A stretch of DNA of 64,000 bases from a virus. Lineage: Duplodnaviria; Caudoviricetes. The DNA lies in the IMG/VR virus record IMGVR_UViG_3300043748_000050, positions 34,040 through 98,039 of that record; one strand, written 5' to 3'. The position numbers and the translations under genes were made by a program. How positions within the stretch are numbered: position 1 is the first letter of the stretch; every line of letters begins with the position of its first letter. The notes beneath the pieces were generated by a model that was given only the letters and a program-made list of their open reading frames with translations, made no database searches and was not told where the DNA came from. Of this stretch, positions 16,359 through 25,063 are shown one piece after another.

Positions 16359-16940
16359 TCAGCCGCCGAACGGGTCCGGGACGTCCTCCGTGGCGTTCGC
16401 GAGGAAGTCGCCGGCCGCCTTGCTGTTCTGGTCGGCCTTCGTGTACTGCGCGGTGTAGCTGTAGCTGGGGTACTTCGCGCCCTCCCGCTTGACGCTCGGC
16501 CCCCGGGTGACCTTCAGGTACCCGCCGATCTCGGGCGCCTGGACGCCGGCCTCCCGCAGCGCCTTGCCGATGGCCGCCTGCATGCCGCCCTTGACGTACA
16601 GGGCGCGCACACCGTCGTCCTCCGGGAGCGCCTTTTCGATGTACTGGTTGGTCTCCCAGGTCTTGCCGGTCGGCTCGCCCTGGATCTCGATGACGAGCTG
16701 GTTGCACGGCTTGGCCGTGGCGGGGAACTTCAGCTCGGACTGCTTGACCTGCTTCTTCCCCTCGAAGAACAGCAGCTCGCCGGTGTCCATGTCGGTCTGC
16801 TGGTCCATCCGGTACGAGAGGATGGAGCCCTCCACGGTGAAGCCGACGGTCGGGAACTTCGCCGCGACGGTGCCTCCGCCGCCGAAGAACTGGGCCGCTG
16901 CTGCGGCTTCGGCGCTGAAGGGGTCGGTGGTGACAGTCAT
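16359..16940 (-). CDS. phage single-stranded DNA-binding protein (putative)
   Basis: Beta-rich body, acidic tail EDVPDPF; lies next to exonuclease and resolvase. Confidence 0.6.
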   Translation of the reverse strand: MTVTTDPFSAEAAAAAQFFGGGGTVAAKFPTVGFTVEGSILSYRMDQQTDMDTGELLFFEGKKQVKQSELKFPATAKPCNQLVIEIQGEPTGKTWETNQYIEKALPEDDGVRALYVKGGMQAAIGKALREAGVQAPEIGGYLKVTRGPSVKREGAKYPSYSYTAQYTKADQNSKAAGDFLANATEDVPDPFGG

Positions 16941-17015
16941 TCCTGTGTCCTGTCTCTTGTGCCCTGTGAACCTCTCGCCGGTGGCGATGAGGGGGAGCCG
17001 GTGGAGCGTGGCTCC

Positions 17016-17115
17016 GGTGCGCGGCCGGGATTCGAACCCGGGATCTTCCTGGACTTACCGGCACGGGGATGACCGGGGTCCTGGGTGCTCTGGCCTGTTG
17101 AGCTACCGCGCGACC
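17016..17115 (-). ncRNA. tRNA-like RNA with elongated anticodon arm
   Basis: GCGCGG-UA-GCUC(AACAGGCCA)GAGC ... CCGGG-UUCGAAU-CCCGG-CCGCGC-A; canonical D and T arms, ~37-nt anticodon arm. Confidence 0.7.
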
Positions 17116-17353
17116 AGCGTTTTACGGCCGCCGCCCGACCATCCACCGACTGCCGGTCTAGGCGCTTCGCCAAGGGCTACTTGCCATCACGGTGTGCGGT
17201 TTAGGTCGATTGCCCCGGAACCGTTGAGGGTCGGTCCCGGGAGTCTTGAGCCTCTGTGGAGGTGTGCTCCGGGCGAGTTGTGACGTTACGTCACATGAGC
17301 GAATCTCGCCCGGAGTTACTGCGTTCCGTCTGCTTTTATGATACCCGGTGTGG

Positions 17354-17369
17354 CGGTTTAATTAAACCC
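17354..17369. promoter_or_regulatory. conserved inverted repeat next to TATCAT -10 of the tRNA-like/SSB transcript
   Basis: CGGTTTAATTAAACCC. Confidence 0.65.
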
Positions 17370-17372
17370 AGA

Positions 17373-20174
17373 TCAGCCGGCCGGTTCGGTCAGTTCCGCG
17401 AGCCGGTTCTGCATGATCCGGACCAGCTCGGCCACCTCGTCCTTGGGCATGCCGGCGTCCGTCGCCTCCTTCCAGACGGCCGACGCCTCACCCTTGGACG
17501 TGATCCGGTTCGCCCGCTCCTTCAGCGTCGGCGGCCGGACCGTGGTCCGCGAGGTCACCGCCGGCTCGGAGGGCTGCGCCCGCCGGGGCTCGAACGTGTC
17601 CGCTGCCTGAGCCACCATCACCGGGGCGGCGAGCTTGCGGACGCTGCGCCAAGTCCGCACCCGCTCGCACAGCACGGCCGCGTTCCAGCCGGACTCCAGG
17701 TCCAGGCCGTAGACGGTCGGCGTCTTCTCGGATTCCTTGTCCACCGGAAGGTGGATGATGACCCCGGCGTCCGTGCGGACCTTGGCGCCGTTCAGCGGGT
17801 CCGGGTGCCACTTCTCCTCGTGGCGGTCCCACACGCCGGACGTGTTGATGCCCTGCGCGTACGTGCTGAGCTGGATCGCGTGCTCCTGCCAGCCGTAGTC
17901 CAGGTCCCGGCCGGTCTTCTTGTCGCCGATCACGTACTCGCCGGGCTGGAACTGGACCGCTCCCCGGCCGATGGTCAGCGTGAGCGGCTTGGTCGTCCGG
18001 TAGCAGTTGTCACTCGTGCCCGCGACGCCGTACTGCTTGACCACCGTCGTGAACTCGATGAGGTTCGACACGGGCTCCAGGCCGGTCTCCTCCAGCAGCC
18101 GGATGTACGTCTCCACCATCTCGCGGCAGTCCGACGGCACCTGGTTCATCACCGAGCGGGGACCGCCGGGGGAGTGCCAGGCCCGGTCCACCATCTCCGT
18201 GAAGGAGTGCATCGCAGTGCCGTCGTTGGCGGCGACCTTGGCGCCGGCGGCGTCCTTCAGCTCCGCCGTCAGCTCGTCCAGCAGTTTCTTGTCCGCCCGG
18301 ACGTGCTTGCCGTGCGCCCGCCGGACGATGTCCGGGCGCTGCGTCGCCCCGAGCAGGCACATCCTCAGCCCCCACTGACCCAGGGCGTAGGTGTCGCTGA
18401 TGGACTTGGCGAACGTCGTCGCCCGGGTCCACGACTGCTCCTTGCCTGTGTCCGGGTGCGGGATCAGGTACCGACCGAACCGGTCGCGCTTGGTCTCCTT
18501 CTCCCCGTGGGAGCCGCCCGCGCCGGCGAGGAACTGCGCGGCCGCGTCCGCCTGGTCAGTCGTGGAGCTTTCAGCCACCGCAGCACTCCTGACCTTCGTA
18601 CCCGCCTTCGCCGTCGGCGCGGATGATGTCACCGACTGCGATTTCGGCGAAACAGCCGGAGCACTCGCCTTCGTAGGCGGCCTCGAACCAGGGGCCGGGG
18701 CCGTCGTCGGCGAGGTCGGAGAAGAAATCCTCGACTCGGTCACGCATTCCTTGATCTCCTGTTCCTTGGTCGGGTCGCAGTACTCGCAACGGTCCTGAAC
18801 GCGGCCGTTCTCCTCGTCCACGTCCTCGTAGTAGCTGTGGCGGCAGTACGTGCGCTCGACTGTCTCGCCGAGGTTCATCAGCTCGCCGGTCCGGCCCTTG
18901 TGCGGGCCCTCCACGACGATCGCCTTCACCACGCCGTTGACCTCGCCGGTGACGCGCATGAGCACGCCGTGCCGGAAAAAGTGCTCATCCGACTCCAGGT
19001 GGCCGAGCAGCACGCGGGCGTCCGGCTTGCACTCGTGGCCTCCGTTGTCGCAGCTGAGAGTCCCGGCGTTCTGAGCCGGCTCGCAGCACCACAACACGGA
19101 CTTGGCCTTGCCGTACAGGTCGAACGCTTCCACCAGCGGCGTCACCGGGTGGCCGCACGCGGCGCAGTTGAGCCGCAGCGCGTCCAGGCCCCTGACGTCC
19201 TCGGGCATCTTCTCCATGAGGTCCAGCGGGGTGCGCCAGCCGTCATCCTCGGGGCAGCCGCAGCCGGCCCGGTGCGTCTCACGGGCGCAGTCGGCGCACG
19301 CTACGGTGCCGTGCTTGACGTCCTCGCCGCAGCCGGGGCAGCGGTGGGTGTTGGTGTTGCACTGCTCGCAGTTCGGGTCGAACCCTTCGGGCAGCGACCG
19401 CCGGTAGCGGGCTTCGGAGCACTCGGGTGTCCGGCACTTGTCCTCCAGGCCGGGGTGCACCCACTGCACACCCGTGGAGTCGGTGTACGCGTGCTCCACA
19501 GTGGTCGCCGGCTGCTCCGGGATCGCGGCGGCCATGAACCGCTCCGCCTCCGCGCGCATGTCTCCGGGCATCACGTCCAGCACGGTTCCGGTGCTGCGCA
19601 CCTCTTTGGTCAGCAGATCGGTGAGCGGCGTCGCCTTGAGCTGGTCGGCCATCGTTTGCCGTGCTTCGGCCGCTCCGCCCCACGTGACGCCTTCGCAGGG
19701 CGTCGTCCTCACGGTCAGGTCTCCTGCCTCCAACGGCTCGCTCAGGGCGGCCTGGCAGGCGTGGCAGGCCCCGACCTCGCAATGGTCACAGTCGAACTCG
19801 AGCGTGGCCACCCGGCCGTCGGTGGTGCCGACGATCTCTGGGTACGTGCCGAGCGGGAAGTCCGAGCCGGCGGGGCACGGTCGGGGCGTGGCCTCGGGGG
19901 TGAGGTGGCTGCGGGCCCGGCCGTTGTCGGTGAGTTGCACCGGGTGCCTGCACAGGCGGCACTGTGGGCCGTCAGCCTCCATGTCTTCAGCGAGGGCCAG
20001 GGGCGCCGCTCCGGCCGGGGGCTCGCCGGCCCCCTTGCACTTGCGGCTGTCCGGGCCGGCCTGGAGGTCGGGGTTCTCGGTCAGGTGGTGGCGGATCGTT
20101 CCGTTCGCCGTCACGGTGTACTCGTTGCCGCACGTCCCGCACGGCTCGCGTCGGACAGTCCTGTCCTCAGTCAT
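17373..20174 (-). CDS. multi-Zn-ribbon protein with C-terminal PD-(D/E)XK (RecE/Cas4-like) exonuclease
   Basis: Many CxxC; GTAMH, VAGTSD, IGDKKTG, QLSTYA. Confidence 0.75.
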   Translation of the reverse strand: MTEDRTVRREPCGTCGNEYTVTANGTIRHHLTENPDLQAGPDSRKCKGAGEPPAGAAPLALAEDMEADGPQCRLCRHPVQLTDNGRARSHLTPEATPRPCPAGSDFPLGTYPEIVGTTDGRVATLEFDCDHCEVGACHACQAALSEPLEAGDLTVRTTPCEGVTWGGAAEARQTMADQLKATPLTDLLTKEVRSTGTVLDVMPGDMRAEAERFMAAAIPEQPATTVEHAYTDSTGVQWVHPGLEDKCRTPECSEARYRRSLPEGFDPNCEQCNTNTHRCPGCGEDVKHGTVACADCARETHRAGCGCPEDDGWRTPLDLMEKMPEDVRGLDALRLNCAACGHPVTPLVEAFDLYGKAKSVLWCCEPAQNAGTLSCDNGGHECKPDARVLLGHLESDEHFFRHGVLMRVTGEVNGVVKAIVVEGPHKGRTGELMNLGETVERTYCRHSYYEDVDEENGRVQDRCEYCDPTKEQEIKECVTESRISSPTSPTTAPAPGSRPPTKASAPAVSPKSQSVTSSAPTAKAGTKVRSAAVAESSTTDQADAAAQFLAGAGGSHGEKETKRDRFGRYLIPHPDTGKEQSWTRATTFAKSISDTYALGQWGLRMCLLGATQRPDIVRRAHGKHVRADKKLLDELTAELKDAAGAKVAANDGTAMHSFTEMVDRAWHSPGGPRSVMNQVPSDCREMVETYIRLLEETGLEPVSNLIEFTTVVKQYGVAGTSDNCYRTTKPLTLTIGRGAVQFQPGEYVIGDKKTGRDLDYGWQEHAIQLSTYAQGINTSGVWDRHEEKWHPDPLNGAKVRTDAGVIIHLPVDKESEKTPTVYGLDLESGWNAAVLCERVRTWRSVRKLAAPVMVAQAADTFEPRRAQPSEPAVTSRTTVRPPTLKERANRITSKGEASAVWKEATDAGMPKDEVAELVRIMQNRLAELTEPAG
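18571..18747 (-). CDS. nested out-of-frame small Zn-binding protein (58 aa)
   Basis: Own GACCAAGGAA...AAGGA-ATG leader; WFEAAYEGECSGC...IAVGDIIR...ECC; high GC3. Confidence 0.55.
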   Translation of the reverse strand: MRDRVEDFFSDLADDGPGPWFEAAYEGECSGCFAEIAVGDIIRADGEGGYEGQECCGG

Positions 20175-20246
20175 GGGCGTACTTTCCTCGTTCCTTGGTC
20201 AATGGCCTAACGGCCAGGTGGGGAGGGGTGTTGGCCCCTCCCGGGG

Positions 20247-20465
20247 CTACGCGTGCGTCATCACGTGTGGCCGGTACAGGTCGCTGCACACGACGCACCG
20301 TTGCTTGCGTCGGTCCGCCGGAACCTTGCCCACGGCGATGACGTGGCCGCACAGGGCCTTCGCGCCAGGACGGACGGGGCCTTGGCATTCCGTGCAGACA
20401 AGGTGCGTCACCAGGACGCCGCCGGACTGACTCGCCGGAACCGCCCGGCGGAGGGTCTCGTCCAT
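20247..20465 (-). CDS. small Zn-finger protein
   Basis: HLVCTEC, ALCG, CVVC; palindrome at 20488-20503 upstream. Confidence 0.6.
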   Translation of the reverse strand: MDETLRRAVPASQSGGVLVTHLVCTECQGPVRPGAKALCGHVIAVGKVPADRRKQRCVVCSDLYRPHVMTHA

Positions 20466-20523
20466 TCCGTGGTCTCCGTTCCTCAGTCGGTTTAGTTAAA
20501 TCATACCCCTGCGAGCGTGACCG

Positions 20524-22194
20524 TCAACCCGACTTCGGCATGAACGGGTCCAGCTTCCGGCTTGCCGTGGCCACGTCGATCAGGTTGGACGCGAGGCCGG
20601 CCCGCAGACCGTCCGGAGCCGGGATCCCCAGGTACCGCAGCACCTTGACCTGCTTCTCCGATGCGGGCTTCTTCCGCCACGCCGCGCTCTTGGTCATGTT
20701 CAGCCCCGAGCGGTCCGTGGCCTCCGTCTCCGCCCACGCCATCGCCATGCCCAGATCCAGCCCCGCGTGCAGTCGCTCCCAACTGGACCGGCCGGCCCGG
20801 ATGTTCTGCACCGTGCCGTCCGGCGGCACGTACGCGACGTCCCACTTCTCCAGCTCCCGGGACGGCCACAGCACGACCTCGCCCTTACCCCCGAGCGGGA
20901 TGAACTGCACACCCGCCCGGGTCCGCAGCCACGAGTACGCCTCCGACCGCCCGAACAGGTCGTGGTCCCGGTGCGTCAGCTCGAACCGCAGCGAGCCGGA
21001 GGGAATCTTCGCGCTCTTCCTCGACTCCTCGCGCTCGTACGCGTCTGCCAGCGTCTCGCCGTCCTTCACCTCCTTGCCCTCGAGACCCGGCTCCAGGTCC
21101 ACCAGCGTGCACAGCGATCCACCCTCGCCTGCGAGGATGAGCACCAGTGCGTCCCGCTTGCCTGTGGTAGGCGACGGCCGCAGGACGCGGCCGGCCATCT
21201 GGACGAACAGAGGCTGGGACTTCGTCGGCCGGGCTATCACCGCGCAGTCCGCCCACGGCGCATCGAACCCGACCGTCAGAACCATGCAGTTCACGAGCGT
21301 GCGGACCTCACCGGTGCGGAACCTCCGGTAGATCTCCAGCCGTTCCGAGCGGGGTGTGCCGCCGTGCACGTAGGCGGCGGACGGCAGGGCCTCCGCCACG
21401 GCCCGCGCCATCTCCACCGTCGGGGTGAAAACGATCGGGCTGCGCCGGTCGGCCGCGTGCTCCTCCAGCACCTTGGCGATGATTTGCGGGCCGCCGGCCT
21501 CCATCATGGCGTCGCCCAGGTCGCTGGCCTGGTAGTCGCCCTTGGACGTCTTCACGCCGCCAAGATGCAGAGCGTCCACGTCCACGATCTTGGACTTCAC
21601 GTCCGTCAGGTATCCGTGGGCCATACCCCACAGCGGGGAGCGCTCGAACACCGCGTCTTCCCACACATCTCCGAGGCCCTGGCCGTCACCCCGGGCGAGG
21701 GTCGCCGTGAAGCCGACGGCCCGCGTGCCCGGCATCCCGCTGTAGCAGCCGAGCGCGGCGAGGATGTTGCGATAGCTGACGGCCGCAGCGAAATGACATT
21801 CGTCCACGATCACCAGGCCGATGGGCCCGCAGACTTTTTGCGAGTCCACCAGCCGGTGCAGCCGGGTCTCCCGGGCCAGGGTCTGCACGGAGCAGACCAT
21901 GACGTCGGCCGCGATGTTGTCGTCCTTGGCCTTCACCTTGCCCATGAACAAGGACGGCTCGGTCTGCTTCAGCTTGTCCAGCGTCTGGTCGGCCAGCTCG
22001 TCGCGGTGCACGAGGATGACGACGCGAGTCTTCTCGGTCGCGACGTGCTCGGCCGCCATCCGGGCAAAGATGCACGTCTTCCCGAGGCCCGTGGCCAGCA
22101 CGGCGGCCGGCCGCTGTATGCCGTCGGCCCACGCCGTCTGCACGGCGTCGATGGCCTCGCGCTGGTACTCGCGAAGCTGAAGAGTCTGGCTCAC
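20524..22194 (-). CDS. SF2 DEAD/DEAH-box helicase
   Basis: LREYQ, ATGLGKT, DECH, GFTAT, LTVGFD, QMAGR. Confidence 0.92.
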   Translation of the reverse strand: MSQTLQLREYQREAIDAVQTAWADGIQRPAAVLATGLGKTCIFARMAAEHVATEKTRVVILVHRDELADQTLDKLKQTEPSLFMGKVKAKDDNIAADVMVCSVQTLARETRLHRLVDSQKVCGPIGLVIVDECHFAAAVSYRNILAALGCYSGMPGTRAVGFTATLARGDGQGLGDVWEDAVFERSPLWGMAHGYLTDVKSKIVDVDALHLGGVKTSKGDYQASDLGDAMMEAGGPQIIAKVLEEHAADRRSPIVFTPTVEMARAVAEALPSAAYVHGGTPRSERLEIYRRFRTGEVRTLVNCMVLTVGFDAPWADCAVIARPTKSQPLFVQMAGRVLRPSPTTGKRDALVLILAGEGGSLCTLVDLEPGLEGKEVKDGETLADAYEREESRKSAKIPSGSLRFELTHRDHDLFGRSEAYSWLRTRAGVQFIPLGGKGEVVLWPSRELEKWDVAYVPPDGTVQNIRAGRSSWERLHAGLDLGMAMAWAETEATDRSGLNMTKSAAWRKKPASEKQVKVLRYLGIPAPDGLRAGLASNLIDVATASRKLDPFMPKSG

Positions 22195-22772
22195 GACGCG
22201 TCGCCCCCTTCGTCGTCCTCCGCTCGCGCCTTGGCCTCTTCGATGTGGCCGAGAACCCAGCCGTCCAGCGCACCGGGCGAACGCAGGAGTTCGCGGGTCA
22301 TCTTCGGCGGCTTCAGTCCGGCGGCGCGGAACCGGCGGCGCAGCTCACGCATCTTGTTGTCCGCCTCGGTCTGGCCGAACGGACCGACGGCCGGGGACGT
22401 GTGGTCGGCGTCCCAGTGGACACGGACCACCCACTGGAAGTCCTTGTACGCCGGTGCGACCGGGTCGCGGTTCGGCTCCGGCGCGCTCCCGTCCAGCGCC
22501 GCGTCCACACCGCGCTTCCACGCCTCGAACACGCTGTGCGGGACGTCGTTGGCCCGCAAGTCCGACGGGATGTCCACGCCCCGGTAGGTCTCGCCGTACC
22601 GGTACTCCATGTACGACTTGGCCGCGTCCTCGGTCATGACGGAACCCACGGTGTAGCCCTGACCGGTCAGGGTCCGCGCGGTGATCTGCGCCATGTTCCA
22701 GGGCTGCGGGCTCGTCAGAACCTCCGCGTCGTTCTCGACGTAAAGGACCCGGTACATCTTGATGCTGCTCAC
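22191..22772 (-). CDS. hypothetical protein
   Basis: GTGA coupling; TYRGVDIP motif shared with 22992-23381. Confidence 0.6.
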   Translation of the reverse strand: MSSIKMYRVLYVENDAEVLTSPQPWNMAQITARTLTGQGYTVGSVMTEDAAKSYMEYRYGETYRGVDIPSDLRANDVPHSVFEAWKRGVDAALDGSAPEPNRDPVAPAYKDFQWVVRVHWDADHTSPAVGPFGQTEADNKMRELRRRFRAAGLKPPKMTRELLRSPGALDGWVLGHIEEAKARAEDDEGGDAS

Positions 22773-22999
22773 TGGTCCACCCCCGGTGTTACGTCTTCCT
22801 CGCGTACGTAGCGCAGGGATTCGTCCCCGCCGCTGCACGTCTCCGTGTTCTCGTCGCTCTCCAGCGGGTCGCCGTGCTCCGGGCAGTCCGGGTGCGCGTA
22901 GGCCACGACCCCGGGCCCGTCGTATTCCGGGAGCCCGACGTCCCCGGGGGTAAGGCATATCCCGTTGCACTTAGCCGTCGATCGGCCGTCGTCACTCAT
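22769..22999 (-). CDS. hypothetical protein (76 aa)
   Basis: Coupled ORF, HPDCPEHG. Confidence 0.55.
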   Translation of the reverse strand: MSDDGRSTAKCNGICLTPGDVGLPEYDGPGVVAYAHPDCPEHGDPLESDENTETCSGGDESLRYVREEDVTPGVDQ

Positions 23000-23381
23000 C
23001 GGTGGCCGGCCTCGCTTCCTTGATGAACTTCCGGGCCTCGCCGTCGGGGCAGGGGATCGCTCCGGGCAGTCCGTGTTCCTGGCAGTAGCCGTGATGGTCC
23101 AGCGAGCACTCGCTGTCGTAGTGCAGGGAGCCCACCAGCGGCACGGCGACCCCCAGCGCGTCCTGGACGCCGAGCCTCCACCAGTGCGCTTCGGGCTGGT
23201 CCCAGTTGGGGCGCAGTCCAGCCTGCACAGGGATACCCCGGTACGTGTCCGGGCCGGTCGCCGGGTCCTTCGTCCCCGGGGCGGTCCTCGCGTCCACGAG
23301 GGCCTTGAGCCGTCGAAGCGTCGCAGGGTCCTGGCTGTTCACGAAGACGACCAGCGCGCGGTCGTTGTCGGCGGCGCTCAT
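22992..23381 (-). CDS. hypothetical protein (129 aa)
   Basis: Coupled ORF; CSLDHHGYCQEH. Confidence 0.6.
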   Translation of the reverse strand: MSAADNDRALVVFVNSQDPATLRRLKALVDARTAPGTKDPATGPDTYRGIPVQAGLRPNWDQPEAHWWRLGVQDALGVAVPLVGSLHYDSECSLDHHGYCQEHGLPGAIPCPDGEARKFIKEARPATDE

Positions 23382-23740
23382 GCGGCACGCCTCCCTTCGA
23401 GCACTTCGGCGGGCAGCGGCCCGCGTTCGAAACGGATCCGGCGGCCGGCGGGAGCCCAGAACCAGCGGTACGGGAACGTCCGGATGCTCAGCTCGATGAG
23501 CGCGACCGCCCGGTGGTGCCCGTCGTTCAGGTACGTCACGAGGTCCCGGCGCCGGACGGCGACCGTCAGCGGTTCCAGGACCCCCTCGTCCGGGATGGAC
23601 TCCATCAGCTCGTCCAGGATCTCCCGCTCGTACCTATCGGTCTTGATCGTGTGACAGGCGGTCGCCCAGTCCGGGAAGTCGCCGCACCCGATCATCCCGT
23701 CGTCCAGCAGACTGACGGGGAGTGTGGGCCAGCGACTCAT
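23378..23740 (-). CDS. ParB/Srx N-terminal domain protein
   Basis: EGVLEPLTV, LNDGHHRAVA. Confidence 0.7.
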   Translation of the reverse strand: MSRWPTLPVSLLDDGMIGCGDFPDWATACHTIKTDRYEREILDELMESIPDEGVLEPLTVAVRRRDLVTYLNDGHHRAVALIELSIRTFPYRWFWAPAGRRIRFERGPLPAEVLEGRRAA

Positions 23741-24057
23741 GCGGCCACCGCTCCCTCGAGCACCGGGCGGTTCCAGGCGCGCTGCGCCGGGTCCTCAGCG
23801 TTGCGGACGTCGTACTTGTGCACCGCGATCAGGTGCTCCCACAGGTCGGCGAAGTGCTCGTTGTCGTCCTGGCCGCCGTACGGCGTCGTCCAATAGCAAT
23901 CCTTGCGGGGGCAGTCGACGCACGGGCCTGTGGAGTGGATGGCCCGTCGGCGCTCGCGACCGAGTGTGTCGGCCAGGTCGCAGTCCTCCACCGGGTCCAG
24001 CACGTCGGAGCCGAGCAGGTTCAGTGTTGCCGCGTACGCGGTCTCTTCCTTGGTCAT
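23737..24057 (-). CDS. hypothetical protein
   Basis: Coupled ORF with CPRKDC...HLIAVH. Confidence 0.55.
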   Translation of the reverse strand: MTKEETAYAATLNLLGSDVLDPVEDCDLADTLGRERRRAIHSTGPCVDCPRKDCYWTTPYGGQDDNEHFADLWEHLIAVHKYDVRNAEDPAQRAWNRPVLEGAVAA

Positions 24058-24285
24058 GGATCCGTGATCCTCCCAGCGGGGTGCACAATCACCGAACCCG
24101 CACGTCACGAGGATCGCGGGACTCGCTGACTTCGCCCCATCTGTGCCCGGCGTCCCGGGTGTTCCTTGGTCTTTGGTCGGCGGGTCCCCGTCGGGCCCCT
24201 CTGTCCGTTATGGTACCCGTCGTGTAAGTGCGTGTAAACACGGGTATCATCGATACGCGTACTTACACATCATCAAGGAGGAAGC

Positions 24286-24510
24286 GTGGAAGGCTATCTG
24301 ACGGTCGCCCAGGTGGCGTCCCGGGCCGAGGTGCACACCGGGTCCGTCTACCGCTGGCTGGACGACCCCGACGTCCCGCTGACCCGTCACAAGGACGGCA
24401 GCGGCCGGGTGTGGATCCCCGAGGCCGAGGCGGACGCCTGGATCGCCACGCGCAACACGCTCACCGTCGTCCCGGCCGCAGCGCCCGCCGCCACGGGTGT
24501 CACGTCGTGA
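24286..24510 (+). CDS. excisionase/MerR-like HTH protein
   Basis: YLTVAQVA...TGSVYRWL...GRVWIPEAEADAWI; AAGGAGG RBS. Confidence 0.75.
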   Translation: MEGYLTVAQVASRAEVHTGSVYRWLDDPDVPLTRHKDGSGRVWIPEAEADAWIATRNTLTVVPAAAPAATGVTS

Positions 24511-25004
24511 AGCCGGCCGAGGCGTACCAGCTCGTCACGCCGTTACCGACGACGTGGCGGGGAATCTCCTACCGGTCACGCACCGAGGCACGGTTCGCCG
24601 TCTTCATGACCGAGGCCCGGATCCCGTTCGAGCACGAGCCGCAGGCGTACCGCGTCGCCGGCCGGGGCTACCTGCCGGACTTCCGCATACGGCCCCATCA
24701 CGGCGCTGACCAGGTGTGGATGGAGATTAAGCCGAGCGTGGATACCTTGGACGACCCACGCTGGCGGGCTCTTGTCCTTCAGACAAGGTCGATGCTGTTC
24801 GTCGTGCGCGGGCTGCACCGCCGGGGAGACACCTGCGGGCGTGATCACAGCGTCCGTGTCTGGCACCCCGACGGCGTGACGGCGGATGTGGACACGATGT
24901 GGACCGGGCCCGAGTACCGACACGCCTGGGACACCGCCCACGCCGCCCGATTCGATGGCGCGCGGTCCGGTCGCCCGGGACGCCGAAAGGGGAGGAGAAC
25001 GTAA
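24507..25004 (+). CDS. PD-(D/E)XK nuclease
   Basis: YRSRTEARFA, EHEP, YLPDF, MEIK; in-frame TTA at 24543. Confidence 0.75.
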   Translation: MKPAEAYQLVTPLPTTWRGISYRSRTEARFAVFMTEARIPFEHEPQAYRVAGRGYLPDFRIRPHHGADQVWMEIKPSVDTLDDPRWRALVLQTRSMLFVVRGLHRRGDTCGRDHSVRVWHPDGVTADVDTMWTGPEYRHAWDTAHAARFDGARSGRPGRRKGRRT

Positions 25005-25063
25005 GTGATCACCCAGCCCCACCAGACCAAGGAAGCACGGACCAAGGAAGCAGGAACAGACCG

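Noticed and set aside
17016-17115. Functional tRNA (e.g. fMet, given C:A at the top of the acceptor and a CAU in the arm)
   Set aside because: No 7-nt anticodon loop on a 5-bp stem, and I found no simple intron removal that restores one
16937-17173. 78-aa ORF across the tRNA-like element
   Set aside because: TTG start without RBS; better explained as structured RNA
20767-22587. Long antisense ORFs (also 7267-8817, 27596-29503, 56272-57882, 59753-61705)
   Set aside because: Shadow frames of high-GC3 genes on the opposite strand
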